Part shown: in pieces, positions 62,201 through 64,000 of the stretch
How positions within the stretch are numbered: position 1 is the first letter of the stretch
Layout: each line of letters starts with the position of its first letter
Origin: Macrostomum lignano
Lineage: Eukaryota
Reading direction: 5' to 3'
Assembly: GCA_002269645.1 (NCBI GenBank)
Contig: NIVC01000862.1
Location: 62,001-126,000, forward strand
Length of the DNA: 64,000 nucleotides
Translations under genes and position numbers: made by a program
Notes under the pieces: generated by a model
Told to the model about the DNA's origin: nothing
What the model saw: only the letters and a program-made list of their open reading frames with translations
Databases searched by the model: none

Positions 62201-64000
62201 TCCCACCCAGATAAGCAACACTTCCACCCTGATAAGCATCACTCCCACCCAGATAAGCAACACTTCCACCCTGATAAGCATCACTCCCACCCAGATAAGC
62301 AACACTTCCACCCTGATAAGCATCACTCCCACCCAGATAAGCAACACTTCCACCCTGATAAGCACTACTCCCACCCAGATAAGCAACACTTCCACCCTGA
62401 TAAGCACTACTCCCACCCAGATAAGCAACACTTCCACCCTGATAAGCACTACTCCCACCCAGATAAGCAACACTTCCACCCTGATAAGCATCACTCCCAC
62501 CCAGATAAGCAACACTTCCACCCTGATAAGCATCACTCCCACCCAGATAAGCAACACTTCCACCCTGATAAGCATCACTCCCACCCAGATAAGCAACACT
62601 TCCACCCTGATAAGCATCACTCCCACCCAGATAAGCAACACTTCCACCCTGATAAGCATCACTCCCACCCAGATAAGCAACACTTCCACCCTGATAAGCA
62701 CTACTCCCACCCAGATAAGCATCACTCCCACCCAGATAAGCAACACTTCCACCCTGATAAGCACTACTCCCACCCAGATAAGCAACACTTCCACCCTGAT
62801 AAGCACTACTCCCACCCAGATAAGCAACACTTCCACCCTGATAAGCATCACTCCCACCCAGATAAGCAACACTTCCACCCTGATAAGCATCACTCCCACC
62901 CAGATAAGCAACACTTCCACCCTGATAAGCATCACTCCCACCCAGATAAGCAACACTTCCACCCTGATAAGCATCACTCCACCCAGATAAGCAACACTTC
63001 CACCCTGATAAGCATCACTCCCACCCAGATAAGCAACACTTCCACCCTGATAAGCACTACTCCCACCCAGATAAGCAACACTTCCACCCTGATAAGCACT
63101 ACTCCCACCCAGATAAGCAACACTTCCACCCTGATAAGCACACTCCACCCAGATAAGCAACACTTCCACCCTGATAAGCATCACTCCCACCCAGATAAGC
63201 AACACTTCCACCCTGATAAGCACTACTCCCACCCAGATAAGCAACACTTCCACCCTGATAAGCACTACTCCCACCCAGATAAGCAACACTTCCACCCTGA
63301 TAAGCATCACTCCCACCAGATAAGCAACACTTCCACCCTGATAAGCACTACTCCCACCCAGATAAGCAACACTTCCACCCTGATAAGCACTACTCCCACC
63401 CAGATAAGCAACACTTCCACCCTGATAAGCACTACTCCCACCCAGATAAGCAACACTTCCACCCTGATAAGCACTACTCCCACCCAGATAAGCAACACTT
63501 CCACCCTGATAAGCATCACTCCCACCCAGATAAGCAACACTTCCACCCTGATAAGCACTACTCCCACCCAGATAAGCAACACTTCCACCCTGATAAGCAT
63601 CACTCCCACCCAGATAAGCAACACTTCCACCCTGATAAGCACTACTCCCACCCAGATAAGCAACACTTCCACCCTGATAAGCACTACTCCCACCCAGATA
63701 AGCAACACTTCCACCCTGATAAGCATCACTCCCACCCAGATAAGCAACACTTCCACCCTGATAAGCACTACTCCCACCCAGATAAGCAACACTTCCACCC
63801 TGATAAGCACTACTCCCACCCAGATAAGCAACACTTCCACCCTGATAAGCACTACTCCCACCCAGATAAGCAACACTTCCACCCTGATAAGCACTACTCC
63901 CACCCAGATAAGCAACACTTCCACCCTGATAAGCATCACTCCCACCCAGATAAGCAACACTTCCACCCTGATAAGCACTACTCCCACCCAGATAAGCAAC
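56256..64000 (+). repeat. 21-bp array (mostly a 42-bp dimer), candidate giant repeat exon of copy D; runs off the window
   Basis: Same entry sequence as 31997. Alternating TCCCACCCAG / TTCCACCCTG units; isolated 1-nt deletions from ~59305 onward. Confidence 0.9.

Noticed and set aside
56252-63999. Long hydrophobic minus-strand ORFs (VLIWVGV)n, also at 31993-37128
   Set aside because: Alternative-frame translations of the 21-bp array; implausible composition and broken by stops or indels.

Overview
Eukaryotic (intron-containing, metazoan-type) DNA; the repeat style is reminiscent of a flatworm such as Macrostomum, but I cannot verify the species. The window is a tandem array of a multi-exon extracellular gene with architecture EGF-cbEGF-NIDO-AMOP-VWD-cadherin/Ig-like-EGF and a hydrophobic C-terminal (GPI-like) tail, i.e. 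MUC4/SUSD2/Mesh-like. It contains a partial module A (2.0-4.5 kb), a complete 3' part B (6.9-12.9 kb), a disabled copy C (29.3-45.6 kb) and the 5' start of a copy D (53.7 kb to the window end). Copies C and D each have a signal-peptide-like exon followed by a giant frame-preserving 21-bp array. That array may be an exon; splice phase favours a His/Pro/Asp/Lys-rich reading, while openness in copy C favours a Thr/Ser/Pro mucin reading. The genes are separated by many mobile elements: two Gypsy LTR elements, an internally deleted piggyBac, three RTE-like non-LTR remnants, and a family of non-autonomous Helitrons (TC...hairpin-CTAG, A|T insertion) carrying 18-, 23- and 24/33-bp minisatellites. One 10.7-kb head-to-tail Helitron doublet has its exact empty site in the duplicated block. 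Most long ORFs in the track are shadows of tandem repeats.
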